Assembly: GCA_965203905.1 (NCBI GenBank)
Contig: CBDBDQ010000005.1
Span: 2,880,001-2,944,000 of the forward strand
Source: Spirochaetia bacterium
GTDB taxonomy: Bacteria > Spirochaetota > Spirochaetia > SZUA-6 > Bin103
Length of the DNA: 64,000 nucleotides
Reading direction: 5' to 3'
Part shown: piece by piece, positions 41,222 through 49,986 of the stretch
How positions within the stretch are numbered: the stretch's first letter is position 1
How the letters are laid out: the number at the start of each line of letters is the position of its first letter
Notes under the pieces: generated by a model
The model's database searches: none
What the model was told of the DNA's origin: nothing
The model's input: only the letters and a program-made list of their open reading frames with translations
Made by a program: the position numbers and the translations under genes

Positions 41222-42187
41222 ATGAAGTCCGTGCTCGTGAACCAGGCCATGGCCGAGGGGATGGATGAGGTGTTCGGCCCGCGCGACGACATCGAAGTCC
41301 GGGTGGTCGAGGAACAGACCGAAAGTGCGCTGCTGCGCCACCTCCCCGGCGCGCACGGGCTGGTGCTGGGGTCGGCGCCGATGACCGAGCGCGTGATCGA
41401 GATTGCGCGCGGTACGCTGAAGGTGGTGGCGCGCCGGGGCGTGGGATACGACAACGTGGACGTGGCGGCGCTCACGAGAGCCGGTATTCCGCTTACCGTG
41501 GTGGGCACCGCCAACTCGGTGTCGGTTGCCGAGCACGCCCTGCACCTGATGCTGGCGCTCGCCAAGCAGAGCCACGTGCAGGACGTGCGGCTGCGCACGG
41601 CAACCTGGAACGACGCGCGCCTGGTGCGTCCGGTGGATCTCGCCGGGCGCCGCGTGCTGGTGCTCGGCCTGGGCCGCATCGGACGCCTGCTGGCGGCTCG
41701 GCTGCGGGCGATGGAGATGGAGGTGCTGGTGCACGACCCGTTCGTGGCCGACGCCGAGATTGCGGCCGCCGGCGCCACCGCGACCGCCGACTGGCGCGCG
41801 GCGCTGCCGGAGATCGACTTCCTCACCGTGAACTGCCCCAAGACTCCCGAGACCACCGGCATGGTGGGCGCCGCCGAGCTGGCGGCGATGAAGACCACCG
41901 CCTTCGTGGTCAACACCGCGCGCGGCGGCATCATCGACGAGGCGGCGCTGCACGCGGCGCTGCGCGACCGCGCCATCGGCGGCGCCGGCATCGACGCGTT
42001 CGACCAGGAACCGGCGCCGCCCGACCACCCGCTGTTCGAGCTGGACAACGCCATCTTCACGCCGCACGTGGCCGGGCTGACCACCGAGGCGGTGTACCGG
42101 ATGAACGTGCGCGCCGCCCGCAACGTGGTCGACGCGTGCGACGGCGTCCTCGACCCGGAGTACGTAGTGAACCGCGAAGTCCTGTAG
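41222..42187 (+). CDS. Phosphoglycerate-dehydrogenase-like 2-hydroxyacid dehydrogenase
   Basis: GVGYDNVD, GLGRIG, NTARGG, TPHVAG. Confidence 0.9.
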   Translation: MKSVLVNQAMAEGMDEVFGPRDDIEVRVVEEQTESALLRHLPGAHGLVLGSAPMTERVIEIARGTLKVVARRGVGYDNVDVAALTRAGIPLTVVGTANSVSVAEHALHLMLALAKQSHVQDVRLRTATWNDARLVRPVDLAGRRVLVLGLGRIGRLLAARLRAMEMEVLVHDPFVADAEIAAAGATATADWRAALPEIDFLTVNCPKTPETTGMVGAAELAAMKTTAFVVNTARGGIIDEAALHAALRDRAIGGAGIDAFDQEPAPPDHPLFELDNAIFTPHVAGLTTEAVYRMNVRAARNVVDACDGVLDPEYVVNREVL

Positions 42188-42326
42188 TCGATGCAGCCAG
42201 CCGGACGCTTGTTGCGACGTATTTGCCGCGCGTGGTAGGTTCGCCGGCGATGCTGGCGGCGGACCACCGCGGACGAGCGCGAACGTGTGGCAGCCGCCGG
42301 CGGCAGGACCAACAGGAGGAACAGGA

Positions 42327-44006
42327 ATGAATCGAATCAGGACCAGTCTGCTGGTGGCGGCCGCGATGCTGCTGGCGGCGGCGCCGCTGGCGCTGGCGGG
42401 CGGCGAGGAGGAGGCGTCGGGCGCCGGCGCGAGCACCATTCCCGCCGGCTACTTCGGCACCTACGAGCCGGCCATCGACATGGAGTGGATCAAGAGCACG
42501 TGGCAGTCCGCGCGTGAGCGGGTCAACAACGATCTCGAACCGGCCACCGGGGAGACCTTCGAGGACAACCGCTGGACGCGGGCGATGCGCGACGAGTTGG
42601 GCATCAATGTGACCTACAAGTGGGTCGTGGACGGTGCGCAGGCGCAGGAGAAGCTGAAGCTGGCCATGGCATCGGGCGACCTGCCCGACGTGATCACCCT
42701 GGAGGGCGCCCAGCGCCTGGTGGACTTCCAGCAGCTTGCCGAGGCGGATCTGCTGGCCGACATGACCGACGTGTGGGAGCAGTACGCGTCGCCGCTCGCC
42801 AAGGAGGTGGTGGGCGCCGACGGGCAGGTGATCTTCAACGCCGTCAGCCACGGCGGACGCATGAAGGGCATCCCCGGCCCCTCGGCGGGACTGGATTCCT
42901 ACAGCTACTTCTGGGTGCGCCAGGACTGGCTGGACAACCTGGGGCTGGAGCCGCCGCGCACCACCGACGACCTCTTGGAGATGGCGCGCGCCTTTACCCA
43001 CGACGATCCGGACGGCAACGGCGAGGACGACACCTTCGCGATGATGCTGGACAAGGGCCTGTGGTACCGGTCGGAGGGCTTCTTCTGGTCGTTCGGCGCC
43101 TATCCCGACGCTTGGCTGGAAGCCCCCGGCGGCGGCCTGATGTTCGGCGCCATCCAGCCGGAGGTGAAGGACGCGCTGGCCGCGCTGCGCCACATGCACG
43201 CCGACGGTCAGCTCGACCCGGAGTGGGCGGTAAAGGATGGCGCCAAGGCCAACGAGGCGTTCGCCCGCAACGCCGTGGGCATCTCCTACGGCGGCCACTG
43301 GATCTCCTACGACTTCCTGCCCGGCTGGGAGAACGACAACAGCATCGACTGGAGCGTGTACCCGCAGCCGGGCGTGGACGGCATGACCCCGAAGGGTGAG
43401 CTGGAGCTGGGCATGGCGCGGATCTACGCGGTGAGCAAGGACTACGCGCACCCCGAGGCGGTGGTGAAGGCGTACAACCTGTACTGGGAGAAGCTGTACG
43501 GCGAGACCGGCGACTACGAGTACTGGGGCAACGACGATATCATGGACGGCATCTGGTGGATCGGGCCGTTCGCCGCCTTCCACCCGTGGGTCAACATCCC
43601 GCCCTACTACGACATCCAGGCGGTATACGCGGGCGACAAGGACCCCGCGGAGCTCACGGGCGTGTCGCTGGACTACTACAACAACACCGAGAACAACCCC
43701 CACCCGGCCCAGCAGTGGGCGTGGCAGGAGATGTTCACCGATCCGGCGACCTCGCCGTTCGGCCACATCACCCGGCGCGTGGACGAGGGCAGCCTGTTCG
43801 TCGACAACTTCGTCGCCGCGCCGACCCCGACCATGGTGGACCGCTGGGGCACCCTGGAGGAGTTGAAGATCACCACCTTCACCCGCATCATCGTCGGCGA
43901 CCTGGACCTGGAGAGCGGGTTCGCGGAGTTCGTCGAGGACTGGAAGAAGCTGGGCGGCGACCAGATCACCGCAGAGGTGAGCGACTGGCACCGCGCCAAC
44001 CAGTAG
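42327..44006 (+). CDS. Carbohydrate ABC substrate-binding protein (LplA-like)
   Basis: Signal peptide, SGDLPD, RQDWLDNLGL, DPDGNGEDDT. Confidence 0.9.
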   Translation: MNRIRTSLLVAAAMLLAAAPLALAGGEEEASGAGASTIPAGYFGTYEPAIDMEWIKSTWQSARERVNNDLEPATGETFEDNRWTRAMRDELGINVTYKWVVDGAQAQEKLKLAMASGDLPDVITLEGAQRLVDFQQLAEADLLADMTDVWEQYASPLAKEVVGADGQVIFNAVSHGGRMKGIPGPSAGLDSYSYFWVRQDWLDNLGLEPPRTTDDLLEMARAFTHDDPDGNGEDDTFAMMLDKGLWYRSEGFFWSFGAYPDAWLEAPGGGLMFGAIQPEVKDALAALRHMHADGQLDPEWAVKDGAKANEAFARNAVGISYGGHWISYDFLPGWENDNSIDWSVYPQPGVDGMTPKGELELGMARIYAVSKDYAHPEAVVKAYNLYWEKLYGETGDYEYWGNDDIMDGIWWIGPFAAFHPWVNIPPYYDIQAVYAGDKDPAELTGVSLDYYNNTENNPHPAQQWAWQEMFTDPATSPFGHITRRVDEGSLFVDNFVAAPTPTMVDRWGTLEELKITTFTRIIVGDLDLESGFAEFVEDWKKLGGDQITAEVSDWHRANQ

Positions 44007-44086
44007 AGCGTTGTAACCGCAGACGGATCGCCGCCGTGAGCCGGCCGGTCGCCTGACCGGCGCGGCGGCGAATCCTCGATTCCGCC

Positions 44087-44986
44087 GTGGCCTCCAGACG
44101 CACCAACACGCTCCCCTATCACCTCATGCTGCTGCCGGGCGTGCTGCTGGTGCTGGTGTTTTCCTACGTCCCGATCTACGGCGTCGTCATCGCCTTTCAG
44201 CGCTTCATCCCCGCGCGCGGCATGTTCGGGGACCAGACCTGGGTGGGGTTGGGCAACTTCGACTACCTGCTGGCCCTGCCGACCGTGTGGCAGGTATTCG
44301 CCAACACGCTGATCATCGCCATCCTCAAGATCGCCGGCGGCACCGTGCTGCCGATCGTGGTGTCGCTGCTGCTCAACGAGGTGCGCAGCGGGCTGTTCCG
44401 GCGCAGCGTGCAGACCATCATCTACTTTCCCTACTTCATCTCCTGGATCGTGTTCGGCGGCATCATGGTGGACCTGCTGTCGCCCAACGACGGCATCGTG
44501 AACCAGGTGATCGTGGCGCTCGGGTTCGAGCCGGCCTACTTCCTGGGGGACGTGGACCTGTTCCGCGGCTCCCTGGTGGTCACCGACGTGTGGAAGACCT
44601 TCGGCTTCATCACGGTGATCTACCTGGCCGCCATCACCTCGATCGACCCGACCCTGTACGAGGTGGCGTCGATCGACGGTGCCGGCCGCTGGCAGAAGGC
44701 GTGGCACATCACGATTCCGGGCATGGGCATGGTGATCGTGCTGCTGATGGTGCTCAACCTGGGCAACATCCTCAACGCCGGTTTCGAGCAGGTGTTCGTG
44801 CTGTACAGCCCGCTGGTGTACGAGACCGGCGACATCATCGATACCCTGGTCTACCGTCTCGGCCTGCTGCAGGCGCAGTTCGGGGTGGCCACCGCGGTGG
44901 GGCTGCTGAAGGGCGTGATCTCGTTCGGCCTGATCTCCGCCTCCTACTACATCGCCTACCGGTTCTTCTCCTACCGGCTGTTCTGA
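44087..44986 (+). CDS. Carbohydrate ABC permease (LplB-like)
   Basis: PYFISW, LYEVASIDGAGR, DIIDTLVY. Confidence 0.9.
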   Translation: MASRRTNTLPYHLMLLPGVLLVLVFSYVPIYGVVIAFQRFIPARGMFGDQTWVGLGNFDYLLALPTVWQVFANTLIIAILKIAGGTVLPIVVSLLLNEVRSGLFRRSVQTIIYFPYFISWIVFGGIMVDLLSPNDGIVNQVIVALGFEPAYFLGDVDLFRGSLVVTDVWKTFGFITVIYLAAITSIDPTLYEVASIDGAGRWQKAWHITIPGMGMVIVLLMVLNLGNILNAGFEQVFVLYSPLVYETGDIIDTLVYRLGLLQAQFGVATAVGLLKGVISFGLISASYYIAYRFFSYRLF

Positions 44987-45897
44987 TGGCTGTGGTCGCC
45001 CGCTCCCTGGCCTTGCGGCCGCGCCGCCCGCGGCTGTCGGCGTTCTCGGTGGTCAACGGCATCGTGCTGTCGCTGGTCGCCGCCACTTGCCTGTTCCCGA
45101 TGATTCACATGGTGGCGGTGTCGTTCAGCACCCGCGCCCTGGTGCTGGCCGGCGAGGTGGTGTTCTGGCCGCGCGGATTCAACACCGCCTCCTACGCCTG
45201 GGTGCTGCTGCAGGGCGGGTTCTGGACCTCCCTGTGGGTGTCGGCGCAGCGCATGGTGGTGGGGATTGCCATCAACGTGGTGCTGGTGCTGCTGCTGGCG
45301 TTCCCGCTGTCCAAGGAGAAGCACGAGTTCCGCGCCCGCGCCCTGTACGTGTGGTTCTTCTTTTTCACCATGCTGTTCGAGGGCGGGCTGATCCCGCTCT
45401 ATATGACGGTGGCGACGCTGGGCCTGCTGGATACCATCTGGGCACTGGTGCTGCCGCGCGGGGTGCAGGTGTTCCTGGTATTGCTGATGCTCAACTTCTT
45501 CCGCCAGGTGCCCGGGGAGCTGCAGGACGCGGCGGAGATCGACGGCGCCGGCAAGTGGCGCATCCTGTGGCAGGTGTACGTGCCGGTGTCGCTGCCGGCG
45601 ATCGCCACCATCACGCTGTTCTCCGGCGTGTTCCACTGGAATTCGTGGTTCGACGGTCTGATCTACGCCAACCACCCGGACCGCTACCCGGTGCAGACCT
45701 ACCTGCAGATCCTGCTGCGCGGCGACATCCTGTCGCAGGCGACGTCGCTGAGCGAGATCTCGGAGATCTACCACCTCTCCAACCGCACCGTGCGGTCGGC
45801 CTACATCGTGATCGGCATCGTCCCGATCCTGGCGCTGTACCCGTTCCTGCAGCGCTACTTCATCAAGGGCATCGTGATCGGCAGCGTGAAGGGATAG
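44986..45897 (+). CDS. Carbohydrate ABC permease (LplC-like)
   Basis: GGLIP, ELQDAAEIDGA, YPFLQRYFIKG..GSVKG. Confidence 0.9.
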   Translation: MAVVARSLALRPRRPRLSAFSVVNGIVLSLVAATCLFPMIHMVAVSFSTRALVLAGEVVFWPRGFNTASYAWVLLQGGFWTSLWVSAQRMVVGIAINVVLVLLLAFPLSKEKHEFRARALYVWFFFFTMLFEGGLIPLYMTVATLGLLDTIWALVLPRGVQVFLVLLMLNFFRQVPGELQDAAEIDGAGKWRILWQVYVPVSLPAIATITLFSGVFHWNSWFDGLIYANHPDRYPVQTYLQILLRGDILSQATSLSEISEIYHLSNRTVRSAYIVIGIVPILALYPFLQRYFIKGIVIGSVKG

Positions 45898-45915
45898 TCG
45901 ACGGCGCGAAGAGAA

Positions 45916-45989
45916 CGGGGACGACGGGATTTGAACCCGTGGCCTCCGGCTTGACAAGCCGGCGCGATAACCATCTACGCCACGCCCAC
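45916..45989 (-). tRNA. tRNA-Asp(GTC), CCA not encoded
   Basis: Anticodon arm CCGGC-TTGTCAA-GCCGG, T arm ACGGG-TTCAAAT-CCCGT, acceptor GTGGGCG/CGTCCCC, discriminator G. Confidence 0.9.
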
Positions 45990-46005
45990 TGGTTGGAAGG
46001 CGATC

Positions 46006-46035
46006 AATATAGGATCCGTGGCAACCGGACGTCAA
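46006..46035 (-). promoter_or_regulatory. Putative sigma70 promoter of tRNA-Asp
   Basis: TTGACG-18 nt-TATATT on minus strand. Confidence 0.6.
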
Positions 46036-46142
46036 CTTTCGCTTCGTCGTGTTCGTCGTGGGTCACAAGGACATCTCCCGTTACCCAACCGTGGGCCGCA
46101 GGCCTGCTCCGTCTATGATCGGACGCGCGTGCAGCGCCGCGG

Positions 46143-47017
46143 TTACGTCGCCGCGGTCCGGCTCCGTACCGCCTCCAGGTTCAGCACCTGCATCGTCTCG
46201 TCTCCCATCGCCAACGCGTAGATCCCGTGCCGCGTCAGGTAGGTCACCAGGTCTTCCGGTATGCTCAGCGACGAGAACGCCGGCACGATCGGGACTGTCT
46301 CATATTCGGGATAGTACAGCCGGAATTCGCCGCTGCGCAGAAACTCTACGAACGCTCGCGCATACGAACGCACGCCTGGGGGCGAGGCGACGACTTGGTC
46401 TCGTTCAGCAACACCGCCCGCGTCCCGACGTAGAGCGCGTCGAACTCCCGCGTGCGGGAGCGGTCGTCGCTCCGCGTCACGGCCTGGCGCGTGGTGAAGC
46501 GTACCAGCTCGCCGCAGCCGAACACCTCGCGCGCCAGGCGCCGGACGCTCGGCGCCACGATGTCTTCCACCACCGTACCCATCTTGTTGGCCAGCTCGCC
46601 CCACCGCTTGTTCATCTCCCGCCGTTCGCGGGCGGCCTCCTCGCGGTCCTGAGCGGCTATCGCGCGTTCGCGCTCGCGTTCGCGGGCGGCTTCCTCGCGG
46701 TCCTGGGCGGCCATCGAGCGTTCGCGGGCGGCTTCCTCACGTTCGCGGACTCCCTCCTGCACATAGTGCTGGACGATACGCTCGAGGCGCGCGATAGACT
46801 CGTCGGTCCGTGCGACGGACTCGTTGGTCCGCGCGATAGACTCGTCGGTCCGTGCGACGGACTCATTGGTCCGCGCGATAGACTCGTCGGTCCGTACGAC
46901 GGACTCGTTGGTCCGCGCGATAGACTCGTCCGTGTGAGCCATGAAGCGGGCCAGGATGGACTCCAGATTGGCCACCCGCTCTTCGACCGCCCCTGTCCGT
47001 TGTGCAAGCGTAGCCAT
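46143..47017 (-). pseudogene. Coiled-coil plus PD-(D/E)XK-like protein, frameshifted near 46370
   Basis: WGELANKMGTVVEDIVAP, REFDAL, LNETKS; C-part continues in another frame. Confidence 0.65.
46788..46934. repeat. Seven 21-bp tandem units alternating A/B (TDESIAR/TNESVAR heptads)
   Basis: CGCGCGATAGACTCGTCGGTC alternating with CGTGCGACGGACTCGTTGGTC. Confidence 0.92.
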
Positions 47018-47164
47018 GGTGCCCCTGTCTGCCTCAGGGTAGCCCTGGGGCGGCTGCAGGACAAGTGCACCGGGGAGTGAGTGCGCCGGGCAGCATCAAT
47101 CGGGGCGGCGCGCGTGATGTGGCCGCCAGGCGCATCGCGGCAGCGTTCTCAGGCGCTTCAGTCG

Positions 47165-47197
47165 AAGGGTATCTTAATCGGCAGCGTGAGGGGATAA
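47165..47197 (+). repeat. Degenerate copy of permease 3' end (45865-45897)
   Basis: AAGGGTATCTTAATCGGCAGCGTGAGGGGATAA vs AAGGGCATCGTGATCGGCAGCGTGAAGGGATAG, 28/33 identical. Confidence 0.8.
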
Positions 47198-47221
47198 TTG
47201 CTGACAAGAAGGAGGCGGGAA

Positions 47222-48103
47222 ATGACCGACAGACAGGCGGTGCGGCCGGCGGTGGCCGCGGATGACTGGGACCGCCTGGCCGTGGCGCCGCTGCCAGAGC
47301 TGGACGGCGAGTATCCGCTCAGCGAGGCGCAGGTCGCGGGCTTCTGGGAGAACGGCTTCATCGTCCTGGAAGAGGTGCTCGACCGGGCCGAGATCAATGC
47401 CTACGGCGAGGCGATCCGCGACGTGGCGATGGCCCACTTCCGCGCCCGCAACCTGGCGCTGTCGTTCGGCGGCGCCTTCCTGCAGCAGCTCAACCTGCGC
47501 TACTGCTCGGACGCGGTACGCAGCTTCGTGCTCAGCCCGCGCTTCGGGCGCATCGCCAGCCGCCTGCTGCGCGCGCCCGCTGTGCGCCTGTACCACGAGC
47601 AGGCGCTGTTCAAGCCGCCCGGCGGCACCGACTCGCACTGGCACCAGGACCAGTACTACTTCCCGTTCGACGACACCTTCACCATGGGCCTGTGGATGCC
47701 GCTGGTGGACTGCTCGCTGGACATGGGCCCGCTGCGCTTCGTGGCCGGCTCCCACAAGTACGGCAACCTGGAGGGCATGTCGATCAGCGAGGAGTCGAAA
47801 CGCTTCTTCGACGACTTCATCGAGCGCGAGGGGCTGGAGGTGGTGCAGGTGCCGGGGCTCAAGGCGGGCGACTGCTCCATCCACCTGGGCTGGACCGTGC
47901 ACGGCGCGCCGGCCAACCGCACCGACAAGGTGCGCGAGGCGATGACCGCCAACTACTTTCCCGACGGCGCCCGCATCACCGACATGTCGCGCTCGCCGGA
48001 CGGGCTGCGTTTTGTCGGTGGCCTGCTGCCCGGCCAGCTCGCCAACAGCGTGATGAACCCGATCGTGTTCTCGGAAAACGGGTCGGAGGCGGACGCGAAA
48101 TGA
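47222..48103 (+). CDS. PhyH family Fe/2OG dioxygenase
   Basis: GFIVL, WHQD, GSHK, TVHGAPAN..R; AAGGAGG RBS. Confidence 0.88.
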   Translation: MTDRQAVRPAVAADDWDRLAVAPLPELDGEYPLSEAQVAGFWENGFIVLEEVLDRAEINAYGEAIRDVAMAHFRARNLALSFGGAFLQQLNLRYCSDAVRSFVLSPRFGRIASRLLRAPAVRLYHEQALFKPPGGTDSHWHQDQYYFPFDDTFTMGLWMPLVDCSLDMGPLRFVAGSHKYGNLEGMSISEESKRFFDDFIEREGLEVVQVPGLKAGDCSIHLGWTVHGAPANRTDKVREAMTANYFPDGARITDMSRSPDGLRFVGGLLPGQLANSVMNPIVFSENGSEADAK

Positions 48104-49641
48104 CCGGCCAGTGGAGCGCCGAGCAGGCCAACAAGTGGTTCGCCTCGATCCCGTTGCCGTTCGGCTGCAACTTCCTGCCGAGCACGGCGGTGAACAGCAC
48201 CGAGATGTGGCAGGCGGAGACCTTCGACGCCGCGACCATCGAGCGCGAGCTGCAGCTCGCCGCAGGGCTCGGCTACAACACGGTGCGCGTGTTCCTGCAG
48301 TTCATGGTCTGGGAGGCCGACCCGGCCGGCCACAACGAGCGCCTGGAAACCTTCTTGCGGCTGGCTGACGCGGCCGGCATCAGCATGATGCCGATCCTGT
48401 TCGACGACTGCCGCTTCGACGACCGCGACCCCTACCCGGGGCGCCAGGACGACCCCAAGCCGGGGGTGCACAACAGCCGCTGGACGCCGAGCCCCGGCTA
48501 TGCCACCGCCGACGACCCCTCACGCTGGGCGCAACTCGAAGCCTACGTCAGCGACGTGGTCGGGGCCTTCGGCAGCGACCGCCGGGTGCTGGTGTGGGAT
48601 CTGTACAACGAGCCGGGCGGGGATCGCCCCAAGGAGAGCCTGCCGCTGGTGGAGGCGGCATTCCGCTGGGCGCGCGCCGCCGATCCGCGGCAGCCGCTGA
48701 CCGTGGGCTCGTTCTTCTGGCACGACTACATGACCGAGATCCGGCTGTGCGGGGAACGCAACTCCGACGTGGTGTCGTTCCACAGCTACGGCAACCTGCA
48801 CGAGGTGCGCGAGCGCCTCGACGAACTGGAGCAGTACGGGCGCCCCGTGCTGTGCACCGAGTGGCTGGCGCGCCACCACGGCTCCAAGTTCGCCAGCCAC
48901 CTGCCGCTGTTCCGCGAGCGCAACGTCGGCGTCTACCAGTGGGGCCTGGTGGCAGGCCGCACCCAGACCTGGCTGCACTGGTACACCCGCTACAGCCCGG
49001 AGCCGGAGGGCGAGCCGCGCCTGTGGCTGCACGACGTGATACGGCCCGACGGCTCGCTATTCGACCCGGCCGAGGCCGACGCGCTGCGCGAACACGCCGG
49101 CCAGGACCTGGCACTGGAGCCGGTGCCGATGACCGCGCAACTCATGGCCCACCTGGAGGAGCTGGGACTGATCATCCGCCTGCGCCCCGGCGGCCACGAC
49201 CTGGCGGCGCAGCCGGGCGAGACGCTGGGCGAGTCGATATACGAGACCGCCGACCGCTACGGCCCGCACAAGCTGATCGCCGTCACCGTGAACCGCGCCG
49301 AGTTCGCCGCCTTCGGCAGCCACCCCGACAACGAGGAGTTCCTGCTGCTCGGCAACCCCGACAGCCAGCCGATGTACCTCGCCGTGGCCCTGTGCCTGCG
49401 CGAAGAGTTCGAGGACAAGCTGAAGACCGGCCGCCTGACCGCCGCCGACCTGGTGATGATCGAGTGCCGCTACAACGACCCCGAGGTGAGCTTCTTCGTG
49501 ATGCGCGCCGACGTCCCCCACGGCGAGGCGATCGTCCCGGCAGCGGGCAAGCCGCCCCCCAGCTTTTACGTCACCGAATCCCGCGACCTGCCCCTGGACC
49601 TCATCGACCTCCGCAAGTACCGCCTCCGGGTCGCACGCTGA
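48100..49641 (+). CDS. Clan GH-A (GH5-like) glycoside hydrolase fused to a cupin-like domain
   Basis: NTVRVFL, WDLYNEP (acid/base), SFHSY, CTEW (nucleophile); C-domain HPDNEE..PH. Confidence 0.8.
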   Translation: MTGQWSAEQANKWFASIPLPFGCNFLPSTAVNSTEMWQAETFDAATIERELQLAAGLGYNTVRVFLQFMVWEADPAGHNERLETFLRLADAAGISMMPILFDDCRFDDRDPYPGRQDDPKPGVHNSRWTPSPGYATADDPSRWAQLEAYVSDVVGAFGSDRRVLVWDLYNEPGGDRPKESLPLVEAAFRWARAADPRQPLTVGSFFWHDYMTEIRLCGERNSDVVSFHSYGNLHEVRERLDELEQYGRPVLCTEWLARHHGSKFASHLPLFRERNVGVYQWGLVAGRTQTWLHWYTRYSPEPEGEPRLWLHDVIRPDGSLFDPAEADALREHAGQDLALEPVPMTAQLMAHLEELGLIIRLRPGGHDLAAQPGETLGESIYETADRYGPHKLIAVTVNRAEFAAFGSHPDNEEFLLLGNPDSQPMYLAVALCLREEFEDKLKTGRLTAADLVMIECRYNDPEVSFFVMRADVPHGEAIVPAAGKPPPSFYVTESRDLPLDLIDLRKYRLRVAR

Positions 49642-49986
49642 CCTCACGGTAGCGGCGTCGTTGTGGCTGAGTGCTCTCACCGTTACCAGGGCTATAGCCG
49701 CAATCCTGAACCTGAGGACCGGCCTATCGATCCGCGCTACCCGGCAGACCTCTCCCAGGCTTGATCCCGTTCCGTAGAAGTGATACATATGATACATCAC
49801 TAACGTGACCGATGTGATCGAACGAATCCATAGCCCCTACACGTTGTGCAAAGGGATAGCATTCTGCGCCGAAAACGAATACGGGATCCTGATGCTGGTC
49901 TATCCCGGCGTGAGTCAGTCATACGCTACGCCCACTTTGATGTCGTCCCATCCTCACATTATGGTTCGTCAAGGAAGTAACTTATA

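Noticed and set aside
46788-46934. Possible CRISPR array
   Set aside because: Units are contiguous with no unique spacers, in frame within a CDS, and there are no cas genes.
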